NCBI GenBank assembly: GCA_965226875.1
Contig: OZ245439.1
Span: 3,271,081-3,335,080, forward strand
Direction: 5' to 3'
DNA length: 64,000 nucleotides
DNA from: Dehalococcoidia bacterium
Lineage (GTDB): Bacteria > Chloroflexota > Dehalococcoidia > Lucifugimonadales > UBA3495
Positions 9,206-17,699 of the stretch are shown in pieces. The notes beneath the pieces were generated by a model. The model did no database searches. It was not told where the DNA came from and saw nothing but the letters and a program-made list of their open reading frames with translations. The stretch's first letter is position 1; each line of letters begins with the position of its first letter. The position numbers were made by a program, and so were the translations under genes.

Positions 9206-9619
9206 ATGATTTTCGAGAGCGAGCCCATACCTCTCAATATCCCCGAAGGCCTGCCGCTGTACCGGGATGAACGCGGGACAGTCCGGGTGAGTAATAGCCG
9301 CGTTCTTCTGGACATCGTGGTAGGCGCGCGCGCACTGGGCTACAACGCCGAGGAAATTTCAAGCCAGTACACAACGGCCAGCGCCGCCGCCGTGAAAGGA
9401 GTGCTGACTTACTACCAAGCCAACAAGGGCGAAGTGGATGAGTATCTGCGGATACGCCGAGAGCGGGGAGACAAAATCAAGGAATACTTCCAATCTCAGC
9501 CCGAATATACGGAATGGCTTAAACGGTTCAGAGAGCGGGTCCGGGAAAAGGGCTTAATTCGGCGACTCGCTTTCTGGCGGACGAGAACTTCAGAATCGAG
9601 ATTGTCCGACGAGTGTTGA
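9206..9619 (+). CDS. DUF433-type putative antitoxin
   Basis: ATG 9206 with GGAGGA upstream, inside the artefactual long ORF 8216-9619. RGTVRVSNSRVLLDIVVGARALGYNAEEISSQY...VLTYYQANKGEVDEYL matches the DUF433 (COG2442) pattern. Confidence 0.6.
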   Translation: MIFESEPIPLNIPEGLPLYRDERGTVRVSNSRVLLDIVVGARALGYNAEEISSQYTTASAAAVKGVLTYYQANKGEVDEYLRIRRERGDKIKEYFQSQPEYTEWLKRFRERVREKGLIRRLAFWRTRTSESRLSDEC

Positions 9620-9915
9620 GACAAGACCCTGCCACTGACATTGTTCGCGCTCAGGATGTTAATTTGGCCCGAACTCCAGACTCGATAGTGCTGGAGCGAG
9701 CTGCGGAGATGGGCCGGGTGCTGCTGACCCACGACTATGGCGATATGCCTTTCTACATTGATGAAAGACTTCGGGCCGGTCTGCCAATGCCGGGGGCAGT
9801 GCAGATTCCCTGGACATTGCCGACAGGGCAGGCGGTTGAAGACCTGCTGCTCCTAATTGGGGGCAGCCTTGAGCATGAATGGGAGAACCGGGTGCACTAC
9901 CTACCTCTCCCCTGA
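9613..9915 (+). CDS. DUF5615 (Mut7-C/PIN-like) putative toxin; N-terminus problematic
   Basis: ORF-track GVG start 9613 is GTG. The same frame is open from 9523 and reads ...TRFLADENFRIEIVRRVLRQDP..., the family's conserved N-terminus, but there is no ATG, GTG or TTG upstream of FLADEN. Confidence 0.5.
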   Translation: MLRQDPATDIVRAQDVNLARTPDSIVLERAAEMGRVLLTHDYGDMPFYIDERLRAGLPMPGAVQIPWTLPTGQAVEDLLLLIGGSLEHEWENRVHYLPLP

Positions 9916-9944
9916 AACGTTCGCCCATGTCCGCTAACGGCCCC

Positions 9945-10037
9945 GAAGAGCGCCGGGTGCTGACAGCAGACCTCGGCGGCAACGCCAGCGCATCACAGAT
10001 GGGCGACGAGGTGGCGCGGCTGGTGCGCGAGGGGTAG
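9945..10037 (+). pseudogene. orphan duplicate of the last 30 codons plus stop of the dehydrogenase gene at 8088-9158
   Basis: 93 bp aligned by eye to 9066-9158 with 87/93 identities. In frame it reads EERRVLTADLGGNASASQMGDEVARLVREG*, versus ...TSQMGDEAARLVREG* in the intact gene. Confidence 0.8.
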
Positions 10038-10130
10038 GGGACTGTTCCGGTCCTGCTGCAAGGCCCGGCTTTCACGGCATTCCCTTTTACCGTCCGGGTG
10101 ATATCAATTATTGAATATTGACGTCTCCTA

Positions 10131-10986
10131 GGGGGTGTCGTCAAAGTGAGAGTGTGATAATAAGCTGATATTGCAATTAGTGCAGCAGGATTGGGCAATG
10201 CCAGCAGTAGCCGTAGCCCCGGCGCACCGGCGCCACGATATTTCAGACCGGGTATGGGAAATCTTGGAACCCCTTCTCCCCGGCGGCAAGGGCAAGACAG
10301 GCCGGCCGGCCCAAGATAACCGCCGTTTCATCAACGCCGTGTTCTGGATTTTGCGCACCGGCGCCCCCTGGCGGGATCTGCCCCCGGACTACGGGGACTG
10401 GAAGAACACCCACCGCCGCTTCTGCCGCTGGCGGGACCGGAACGTCTGGGCCGGGCTGCTGGAGGCGGTGATGGATGACCCTGATTATGAATGGCTGATG
10501 ATTGACGCCAGCTACATCAAGGCCCATCCCCACAGCGCCGGGGCCCGGGGCGGCAACCAAGCCATTGCCCGCACAAAAGGGGGCTCAACAGCAAGCTGCA
10601 CCTGGCGGTGGACTCCCACGGAATGCCGGTAAGGCTGGCGGTAACCGCAGGCACTGTGGCTGACTGCTCCCAAGCGCTGCCCCTGATTGAGGGCATCAAG
10701 GCGGAACACCTGCTGGCGGACAAAGCCTATGACACCAATGAAATCGTGGCCGGGGCCTCGGCCCGGGGGATGAATCCGGTGATACCGCCCAAGAGCAACC
10801 GGAAGGAAAAGCGGGACTACGACCGGGCGCTGTACAAGTTGCGGCATTTGGTGGAGAACGGTTTCCTGGAGTTCAAGCAGTGGCGGGGAGTGGCGACCCG
10901 GTATGCCAAGAACTCCCTTTCTTACCTGGCCATCTGCCAGATTCGGGCCATGGCGATTTGGACTAAATTACTTTGACGACACCCCC
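10131..10986 (+). mobile_element. IS5-family insertion sequence (two-ORF, -1 frameshift type), 856 bp, apparently intact
   Basis: Perfect 17-bp terminal inverted repeat GGGGGTGTCGTCAAAGT (10131-10147) / ACTTTGACGACACCCCC (10970-10986). TA on both flanks within CTAG (10128-10131 and 10986-10989). Confidence 0.85.
10198..10976 (+). CDS. IS5-family DDE transposase, two frames joined by a -1 frameshift at the A4G5 run 10575-10583
   Basis: ORFs 10171-10632 and 10608-10976. Frame 1 ends ...IARTKGG and the -1 frame continues LNSKLHLAVDSHGMPVR.... The DDE context is present: MIDASYIKAH, LLADKAYD and ENGFLEFKQWRGVATRYAK. Confidence 0.8.
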
Positions 10987-11154
10987 TAGAGACTCAGCTG
11001 CTATTTCTCCATCGCATTCGTAACAGAGAAGCCGTGTCGTCGTTGGAGTTCATCGTAAATCCCAATCATGACATCGATTTAAGATCGGGATCCTTGATCA
11101 AATCCGCCGGTTTGTCAATGCCCCTAAACTTGACCGTCAGCTCATCCCCCTCGT

Positions 11155-11949
11155 CTACTTAGCCGATGAACCGATAACGTCCTCTTCCCAAGAATTCGAG
11201 AATATGTCCGTCTCTGAGCACTTGTAGCTGTTGGCGTGGCGGATTTTCGGCGCGATGTGTCGGTTCTCCGGGTGCTGCGTTGATAGTGTCTCAGTAAACC
11301 GTGCATAGAATTGCCGGAGAGTGAATTCGGGGCTGCGGGTCTCCGCTGCCAGGGTGCGGACACAGGCGAGAATATCCACGCCCCATCCGCCGGATGCCCT
11401 ACTATCGGAGCGCAGGAACTCGAATCTGCGCCAGTGTTCCCGCACGGATTCCACTGGCCGCGGAGTGCTTGCGGACACGATGTTGATGCGTCCGTCAGGT
11501 GGTATCTCACCCAGCAGGATATTTGACCCTATCCAGCCGCTACGTCTTGCGGATGAGCTAAGCGGATTTCTTTGTTTAATGACGCTCCGGGTAAAGAAAT
11601 GACCCGGAACGACAAATAAATCGGTTATGCGCCAATCGCTGCTGGAGAACTGAAGGAAAGCGTAATTGGGAACCCTACCCGCTTCGATGGCGTCAATTTT
11701 GGAATAGTAGGCCGAGTTACTGACTGTCCGCCCGAATCTTCTGCCTGTGGCCTTCAGTTGATAGGTGGATTCGCATTCCGGGCAGGTAAAGTCTTTTACT
11801 CGCGTGTTGTCTGGCTCTGCACTGATTGACGAAGAAGAGCACGCTACGCAAAAGAGGTTTTTGGCTGCCCAATCCTCCGTGATGACCCTAGCTTTTTGGC
11901 TAGAGCTTGAGTAATTATCGCCAACAGCGGGGTCCAAGTTCAGGTTCAT
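11155..11949 (-). CDS. DpnI-like methyl-directed (type IIM) restriction endonuclease, C-terminal frameshift (possible pseudogene)
   Basis: YSSSSQKARVITEDWAAKNLFCVACSS...FTCPECES...ARRSGWIGSNILLGEIPPDGRINIV parallels the DpnI sequence as I recall it. The last ~27 aa are out of frame because of a CGCCA tandem duplication (plus-strand 11232-11241). AT-richer than the backbone. Confidence 0.7.
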   Translation of the reverse strand: MNLNLDPAVGDNYSSSSQKARVITEDWAAKNLFCVACSSSSISAEPDNTRVKDFTCPECESTYQLKATGRRFGRTVSNSAYYSKIDAIEAGRVPNYAFLQFSSSDWRITDLFVVPGHFFTRSVIKQRNPLSSSARRSGWIGSNILLGEIPPDGRINIVSASTPRPVESVREHWRRFEFLRSDSRASGGWGVDILACVRTLAAETRSPEFTLRQFYARFTETLSTQHPENRHIAPKIRHANSYKCSETDIFSNSWEEDVIGSSAK

Positions 11950-11960
11950 AAAAACCCGGC

Positions 11961-12521
11961 CTACACCCCCAGCACCACCGAGGCCATGCGCTTTTCCAGC
12001 GCGCGGCCTATCTGCATCGTCAGGTCGGCGCGCTCGTAGTCGCCTATGGTGCCTATGAAGGCCACGCCCAGCAGGCGGCCCAGGCGGAAGTCCACGACGG
12101 TCGACGAAATCAGGCCGCTGGGGCCGCCCTGTAGCACCCGCAGGGCCACCGACTCGTCGAAGAAGCCGCCTGTTTCGATGCGGTTGGCTGCCACCAGTTG
12201 ATGCCCTTGGCCGACACTATCTCCCACATGGTCCTCAAAGTCCTTGAGGAAGATTTCGTGCATCCAAATGCTCACCGACTCGGGCGTGTCGAACAGGTGA
12301 ACCACCGACGCTGCCATGAAGTCGAAGCCGTCGACCATCGCCATGTTGGAGGTGGGGCCAAGCTCGCGCATGGTCCCGGTCACCCGGCCCGCCTCCCGGA
12401 AGCGCTGGGCGGTGCTGCCGACGAACCCGTTGCGGGCCAGTCTCTCGTTGTCCAGTTCGCCCTCGCGGACGACCTGGTGGGCCTGGAAGTCGCTGGGGAA
12501 TTCGCTCTTCTCCAGCACCAT
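11961..12521 (-). CDS. hypothetical protein
   Basis: ORF-track 11961-12707. The first ~60 aa look like non-coding read-through, so I prefer the start at M63 (12521) or a nearby TTG. No motif recognised; composition matches the backbone. Confidence 0.4.
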   Translation of the reverse strand: MVLEKSEFPSDFQAHQVVREGELDNERLARNGFVGSTAQRFREAGRVTGTMRELGPTSNMAMVDGFDFMAASVVHLFDTPESVSIWMHEIFLKDFEDHVGDSVGQGHQLVAANRIETGGFFDESVALRVLQGGPSGLISSTVVDFRLGRLLGVAFIGTIGDYERADLTMQIGRALEKRMASVVLGV

Positions 12522-12721
12522 CTCTTCCAGAGTATCTTCGGTAACGCGATATGTGGCTCTAGTCAATGCAGAGGTCGCCAAACTGGCCCTCCGGGAAGAT
12601 GGAATTGTGGAATTGCGGTGAATCCGGTCGCGTAACTGCGGGGCGCCATGGTGAATCCGACCTTTGTTATGGGGGCGGAATGCGGATGTTCCACCGCCCG
12701 CCCCCATAGCCGGATCCCTGT

Positions 12722-13780
12722 CTAGCCGCAGACCATGGGGTAGATGTGGAGATAGCGGGTGGACTCCACGGGCAGCATACTCTTGCTCCAGGACTGTCCA
12801 CCGTCCCCGCTGCTGTACACCTCGCCCGAGTAGGAGGCGCAGCTAATGCGCGCGGGGGCGGCGGGATCGATGGCGACCTGCATCATGCGTCCCGGCGGAA
12901 TGTCGCCCAGGTCGAGGCGCTCCCAGGTCCGGCCCACGTCGCGGCTGCGGAACAGCGCGCCTTCCGGCACGGTGTCGGGCGGGGCCGCGCCGCCGCCTGC
13001 CCCGGAGGCCAGGTAGATGGTGCTGGGGTCGTCGGGAGCCACCGCCAGGTCGCGGCAGTAGGAGCCGCCGGGGAACATATCGTCTACCTGGACGTGTTCC
13101 CATCGCGTCCCCTCGTTGAGGCCGCGAAACATGGCTATCTGGGTGGCGATTTGCACCGTCTCGTGATCGGCGGCGCTCACCTGAGCGGCGTGCAGGTCCA
13201 GGGTATTGTTGCGGAGATACGGCCCGTCCATCAACTGCTTCCAGGTCTCGCCGCCGTCATGGCTGGCCAGCAGGCCGCCCACCTCGATGGCCGCGTACAT
13301 ATTGTTGGGATCAACCGGGTCGATGGCGATGCCGATGACCCGCTTGCCCAGGGGAGCCATATAGGTGGTGATGTGCGGGAAGATGACCTTGCTGGTGTCC
13401 ATGTCTTCCCAAGACTCGCCGCCGTCCCGCGAGCGGGCGATGGCGCAGGGCTCGTAGCCCGCGAAGATGGTGCCGGGGTCGGAGGGGTGGGCCGCCAGCG
13501 ACCATACCTCGCGCCCTTCGGCGGGGTCGGGCAGGCGCTGCCAGTTTGCGCCGCGGTCAGAGCTGCGGTAGACGCCGTCCTGCGTGCCTGCGAACACCAC
13601 GGCCGAGTTGTCCGCCTTGACAAGCAGGGCGCGTACCTGGGGGTTGCCGGGCAATCCGGCGGATATGTCTTCCCAGGCGTCCTCCCCGTCGGCCTGGCGG
13701 AGCAGCCCGCCCTCGCCGATGTAATCGCCCTCGCCGGCCAGCCCGACGTAGGTGTAGGTACGATGATTGGTTGCAACCAT
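12722..13780 (-). CDS. BNR/Asp-box repeat beta-propeller protein
   Basis: Five Asp-boxes: SSDRGANW, SRDGGESW, SHDGGETW, SRDVGRTW and SGDGGQSW. Start taken at M6 (AGGAG 7 nt upstream). Confidence 0.7.
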   Translation of the reverse strand: MVATNHRTYTYVGLAGEGDYIGEGGLLRQADGEDAWEDISAGLPGNPQVRALLVKADNSAVVFAGTQDGVYRSSDRGANWQRLPDPAEGREVWSLAAHPSDPGTIFAGYEPCAIARSRDGGESWEDMDTSKVIFPHITTYMAPLGKRVIGIAIDPVDPNNMYAAIEVGGLLASHDGGETWKQLMDGPYLRNNTLDLHAAQVSAADHETVQIATQIAMFRGLNEGTRWEHVQVDDMFPGGSYCRDLAVAPDDPSTIYLASGAGGGAAPPDTVPEGALFRSRDVGRTWERLDLGDIPPGRMMQVAIDPAAPARISCASYSGEVYSSGDGGQSWSKSMLPVESTRYLHIYPMVCG

Positions 13781-13882
13781 AATAAGACTCCTCATTCGGG
13801 TCGATTGCTAGTTGGATTTTTCGGCCTAACCCTTCCTGTTGTCAAGGGGCATTGACTGTCACGGCCGTGCCGCCATGATAAA

Positions 13883-14272
13883 ATGCCAACAGAAAATAAT
13901 CAGAACAGGATGAATCAGTGCCGGAATCGGAACCCGGAAGATACCTCATTTCAGACCCTATGGAGATGCTGGGTCAAGGAGGCGGCCTGGAACGCCTCCG
14001 GGTTGGCGACCAACACTCTGATTTTTGAGCGTACCGGACGCGGACCGGAGTTTGTGTGGGAAACCTCCAGTGAAGTCCTCTTTCTGAGCCAAGAGAGCGA
14101 TGGCCAAGAGAGCGAGGAGCTCGACACATTCTGCTACCGCTTCGTCACCCGGATTCACGACTTGTACGGCGATTGCATCATCGAGGGCCACTGTGACCCT
14201 GAGGATTACTATACCGAGATAATCCGCGACACCGGCAGCTTCATCCGCGAGGCCGAGCGGATGGCGGGCTAA
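13883..14272 (+). CDS. hypothetical protein
   Basis: 129-aa ORF, AT-richer than the flanks, with no motif recognised and an uncertain start. Confidence 0.3.
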   Translation: MPTENNQNRMNQCRNRNPEDTSFQTLWRCWVKEAAWNASGLATNTLIFERTGRGPEFVWETSSEVLFLSQESDGQESEELDTFCYRFVTRIHDLYGDCIIEGHCDPEDYYTEIIRDTGSFIREAERMAG

Positions 14273-14379
14273 ACGGGGCTCGTGGCGCTCGCCCACGCCC
14301 CCCCGGTGGCGCGTTGCCGCGCTCTGCGCTAGTATTTGTCGCAATTACTCCGCAATTACCCCCGGAGGGTTAGACGCCC

Positions 14380-15096
14380 ATGAAAAACAAGGTCTACGCC
14401 ACCATGGACGAGGTGGTGGCCGACATCCCCGACGGCTCCACCATCATGTGCCCCGGCTTCTCCGGCGTCGGCGTTCCACGCAACCTGCTGGCCGCCGTCA
14501 ACCGCCAGGGCGCCAGGGAGCTGACCTGCGTCTCCAACAACGCCGGCACCACCGACGAGCTGGTGGACGTCGGCACCCTGGTCGAGGCGGGGCAGGTCAA
14601 GAAGATGATTTGCGCCTTCACCGCGCCCACTCACCCCTCGATGGTCTCTCCCTTCGTCCGTATGTACAACGAGGGACTGGTGGACGCCGAGCTAGTGCCG
14701 CAGGGGACGCTGGCCGAGCGCATCCGCATCGCCGCCGCCGGTATCGGCGGGTTCTACACCCCCACGTCGGTGGGAACCGAGCTGGCCGAGGGCAAGGAGC
14801 ACCGCGAGATGAACGGCCGTACCTACGTGCTGGAGTATCCGATCCACGCCGACTACGCCCTGATCCGCGCCTGGAAGGCCGACAAGTTCGGCAACCTGCA
14901 ATTCCGCCTGTCCCAGCGCAACTTCAACCCCATCATGGCCATGGCCGCAAAAATCACAGTCGTCGAGGTCGAGAACGACGTGGTGGAAATCGGCGAGCTT
15001 GACCCCGATCAGGTCCACGTATCCGGCATCTACGTCGACCGCATCGTCAAGATTCCCGAAGACGGCATCTGGTCAGGCGCCAAGCCGGGGCTGTAA
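14380..15096 (+). CDS. 3-oxoacid CoA-transferase, subunit A
   Basis: MKNKVYATMDEVVADIPDGSTIMCPGF...CVSNNAG...EYPIHADYALIRAWKADKFGNL is the typical ScoA/AtoD pattern. Confidence 0.9.
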   Translation: MKNKVYATMDEVVADIPDGSTIMCPGFSGVGVPRNLLAAVNRQGARELTCVSNNAGTTDELVDVGTLVEAGQVKKMICAFTAPTHPSMVSPFVRMYNEGLVDAELVPQGTLAERIRIAAAGIGGFYTPTSVGTELAEGKEHREMNGRTYVLEYPIHADYALIRAWKADKFGNLQFRLSQRNFNPIMAMAAKITVVEVENDVVEIGELDPDQVHVSGIYVDRIVKIPEDGIWSGAKPGL

Positions 15097-15110
15097 CCCT
15101 GAAATAGTTT

Positions 15111-15143
15111 CCTCTCCCTCTTGGAGAGGGTTAAGTGAGGGTA
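15111..15143. repeat. CCCTCTCCC-loop-GGGAGAGGG palindromic element followed by GTGAGGG
   Basis: CCTCTCCCTCTTGGAGAGGGTTAAGTGAGGGTA lies between the two CoA-transferase subunit genes. Related copies are at 39274, 56312 and 61332, with degenerate copies at 6216 and 18603. Confidence 0.7.
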
Positions 15144-15181
15144 TACCCCAAGACGATGGAGCGCCTCGAGGAGTATCGAAA

Positions 15182-15856
15182 ATGACCGACAAGGCAAAGC
15201 TGACCCGCCAGGCCATGTGCGACCGGCTGGCGATGGAATTCCAGGAAGGCTGGATTGTCAACCTAGGCGTGGGAATGCCCACTCTCTGCTCCAACTACGT
15301 TGACACGTCGCGGGAGATCATCAACCACTCAGAAAACGGCGTCGTCGGATACGGCCCGCTGGCCACCGAGGGACAGGAAGACCGGCACCTTGTCAACGCC
15401 GGCGGACAGCACGTCACGGCGTTGCCGGGCATGGGCATCGTGCATCACGCCGACTCGTTCATGATGATCCGAGGCGGGATGATTGACGTTACCGTAATGG
15501 GTGCCTACGAGGTAGCTGAGAACGGCGACTTCGCCAACTGGCGCATCCCAACCCGCAAGGGCGGCGGCATCGGCGGCGCCATGGACCTGGCGGCCTGCGC
15601 CAAGCGCGTCTTCATCGCCATGGAACACTCCACCCGAGAAGGAGCACCCCGTCTGCTCCACCGCTGCAACCTGCCGATAACCGCCCCCGGCGTGGTCAAA
15701 ATGCTGGTCACCGACTTGGGCCTCTTCGGCATCACCCCTGACGGATTCGAGCTGCTGGAACACGCCCCCGGCTGGAACCCGGAGGAGATTCAGGAGCTGA
15801 CCGGGGCCACGATTAACATCTCTCCCGACCTGAAGGAGTTCCGATTTAGGGATTAG
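15182..15856 (+). CDS. 3-oxoacid CoA-transferase, subunit B
   Basis: Internal ATG 15182 of ORF 14999-15856. Contains WIVNLGVGMPT...SENG...GGAMDL, with the catalytic-Glu region SENG. Confidence 0.9.
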   Translation: MTDKAKLTRQAMCDRLAMEFQEGWIVNLGVGMPTLCSNYVDTSREIINHSENGVVGYGPLATEGQEDRHLVNAGGQHVTALPGMGIVHHADSFMMIRGGMIDVTVMGAYEVAENGDFANWRIPTRKGGGIGGAMDLAACAKRVFIAMEHSTREGAPRLLHRCNLPITAPGVVKMLVTDLGLFGITPDGFELLEHAPGWNPEEIQELTGATINISPDLKEFRFRD

Positions 15857-15945
15857 GCGATTGCGGCGCGGAAGGCGGCTCCAGTATGCGGGTAATGCGG
15901 AAAGTTTGCGGCACTACCCGCAAGCATCCATAGAGGTTGAGCGCA

Positions 15946-17040
15946 ATGTACACCTCATTCGCCATCGAAAATTTCCGTTGCTTCGAGGACTTGACTGTCC
16001 AGCCGCTGGCTCGTGTCAACCTGATAGCCGGCCAAAATAACGTAGGCAAAACGGCGTTGCTTGAGGCGCTGTGGCTGTTCAGCCACCCCACCGAGCCAAG
16101 AAACGCGCTTCAGACCATCCTGCGGGAATTGGCCGATTATGGTCAAGGAGAGTTTTTCGCGGACCTGTTCCCTCAGTACCAAACTGGATTAACCATTAAA
16201 TTACAGGCGGAGAACATACAAAGCCGCAGGTTCAGAACCCTCTGCATCCGGCGTAAGTATCGCGCCCAGCAGCCCCTTTTTGATTGGTCAAAGGATCCTG
16301 AAACCGAATTGGACGACGACGCGATTGCCGATTTCGATTTCAGCAATGAACTTGCCTTTGAATACGTTGACGAAACCGGCAAGGAGGTACTGACTAGCGC
16401 CTGGCTGAATGCGGAGCCAGGGGTAGGCTGGCTACGTCCTATGCTGAGAGACAGCAGAACATCAATGGCACCACCTGAGTATCCGTGCGTATTTGATCAT
16501 CCCAGAACCCGGTACAACGCCCGCGCCCTTGCTACCCGTTTTGGCAGAGCGGAGCGTGAAAGATATTCATCGGCCATCGAGAAAGCTATCCGGTTACTGG
16601 AGCCTAGATTAAAGCGGATGACCACGATTGCCGACAGCCGCGGACGCCCCTCACTTCACGGGGACATTGGCACTGGCCGATTATTCCCCATGGCGATTAT
16701 GGGGGAGGGAACCAAACGCTTGTTGGCTTTATCGCTGGCCTTTCTATCCGCCCGCGACGGAATAATACTCATTGATGAGATCGAAAACGGGCTGCATCAT
16801 AGCGTTTTGGTGGATGTCTGGAAGAACCTGGACTGGTTGTCCCGCGAATTCAACGTGCAGGTTTTCGCCACCACCCATAGCTACGAGTGCATCGTAGCGG
16901 CAAACAACGCTTTCACGGAAATAGAATCCGACGACCTTCACTTTCATCGCCTGAACCGGAAGGGCGAACAGGTAAGAGCGGTTACATATACCAAGGCCAT
17001 GTTGGCTACCAATATCGAATACTTTTGGGAGCTCCGCTGA
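15946..17040 (+). CDS. ABC/SMC-type AAA ATPase (AAA_15/AAA_21-like), AriA/OLD-ATPase-like
   Basis: ENFRCF N-terminus, Walker A GQNNVGKT (nt 16030-16053), signature-like MGEGTKRLLAL, Walker B IILIDEIENGLH and H-loop ATTHS. ATG 15946 is preferred (GAGG 9 nt upstream) over the TTG at 15937. Confidence 0.8.
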   Translation: MYTSFAIENFRCFEDLTVQPLARVNLIAGQNNVGKTALLEALWLFSHPTEPRNALQTILRELADYGQGEFFADLFPQYQTGLTIKLQAENIQSRRFRTLCIRRKYRAQQPLFDWSKDPETELDDDAIADFDFSNELAFEYVDETGKEVLTSAWLNAEPGVGWLRPMLRDSRTSMAPPEYPCVFDHPRTRYNARALATRFGRAERERYSSAIEKAIRLLEPRLKRMTTIADSRGRPSLHGDIGTGRLFPMAIMGEGTKRLLALSLAFLSARDGIILIDEIENGLHHSVLVDVWKNLDWLSREFNVQVFATTHSYECIVAANNAFTEIESDDLHFHRLNRKGEQVRAVTYTKAMLATNIEYFWELR

Positions 17041-17699
17041 TGACGGCGCAGCGGGAATCCCAGCATACCCTCAAAATCACACAGCCCGTCCTGTTGCTGG
17101 TTGAAGGCCCGGACGACGACCATTTTTTCCAGCGAATCATAGAGCGGCGCGAGAACCAAGGGATACAAGTCGTCCCATACGGCGGCAAGGACAACCTTGG
17201 AAATTTTCTGGTCAACGTCCTGGTTCCCAGGCTAAGGTCTTCTGCTGTGGTCAAGGCCATTGGCGTAACGAGGGATGCCGATTGTTATTACAACCGCGCC
17301 TTTCAAAGCATTGACGACTCGCTGCGTCTGGCAGGCTTGCCGTCGCCAACATCTCCATTAACATACGCAAAGGGAATGTTAGACGACGACCGTATTCGTG
17401 TAGCAGCCTATGTTATGCCCGATAACGCATCCCCGGGCGACCTCGAAACATTGTGTCTCAATGCGGTTAGCGAAGCACCCGCAATCCCTTGTGTTAACCG
17501 TTACTTTGATTGCTTGCAGTCAATCGGCCACGTTCCCAGACAGGAAAGCAAGGCGCGTCTGCGGGCGTTCCTGTCGGCGAACCCGGATAATCCCAATCTG
17601 CTTATAGGTCAAGCTGTTGCGGCAGACGTTATACCGTGGAACAGTCCGGTTTTTGCCGGTATCAACCAATTCCTTGATATGTTGACCTCAGTAAACTAA
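17040..17699 (+). CDS. TOPRIM-like protein (DUF4435/DUF3226-type), AriB-like
   Basis: ATG overlaps the upstream stop (TGATG). LLLVEGPDDDHFF, then GVTRDADCYY about 75 aa later, gives the E...DxD layout of TOPRIM; 219 aa. The family assignment was made by eye only. Confidence 0.6.
   Translation: MTAQRESQHTLKITQPVLLLVEGPDDDHFFQRIIERRENQGIQVVPYGGKDNLGNFLVNVLVPRLRSSAVVKAIGVTRDADCYYNRAFQSIDDSLRLAGLPSPTSPLTYAKGMLDDDRIRVAAYVMPDNASPGDLETLCLNAVSEAPAIPCVNRYFDCLQSIGHVPRQESKARLRAFLSANPDNPNLLIGQAVAADVIPWNSPVFAGINQFLDMLTSVN

Noticed and set aside
8216-9619. A 467-aa ORF spanning the dehydrogenase gene and the antitoxin.
   Set aside because: Only its last 138 codons (from ATG 9206, with an SD) look like a real protein (DUF433-like). 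The upstream part is an alternative frame of the dehydrogenase gene.
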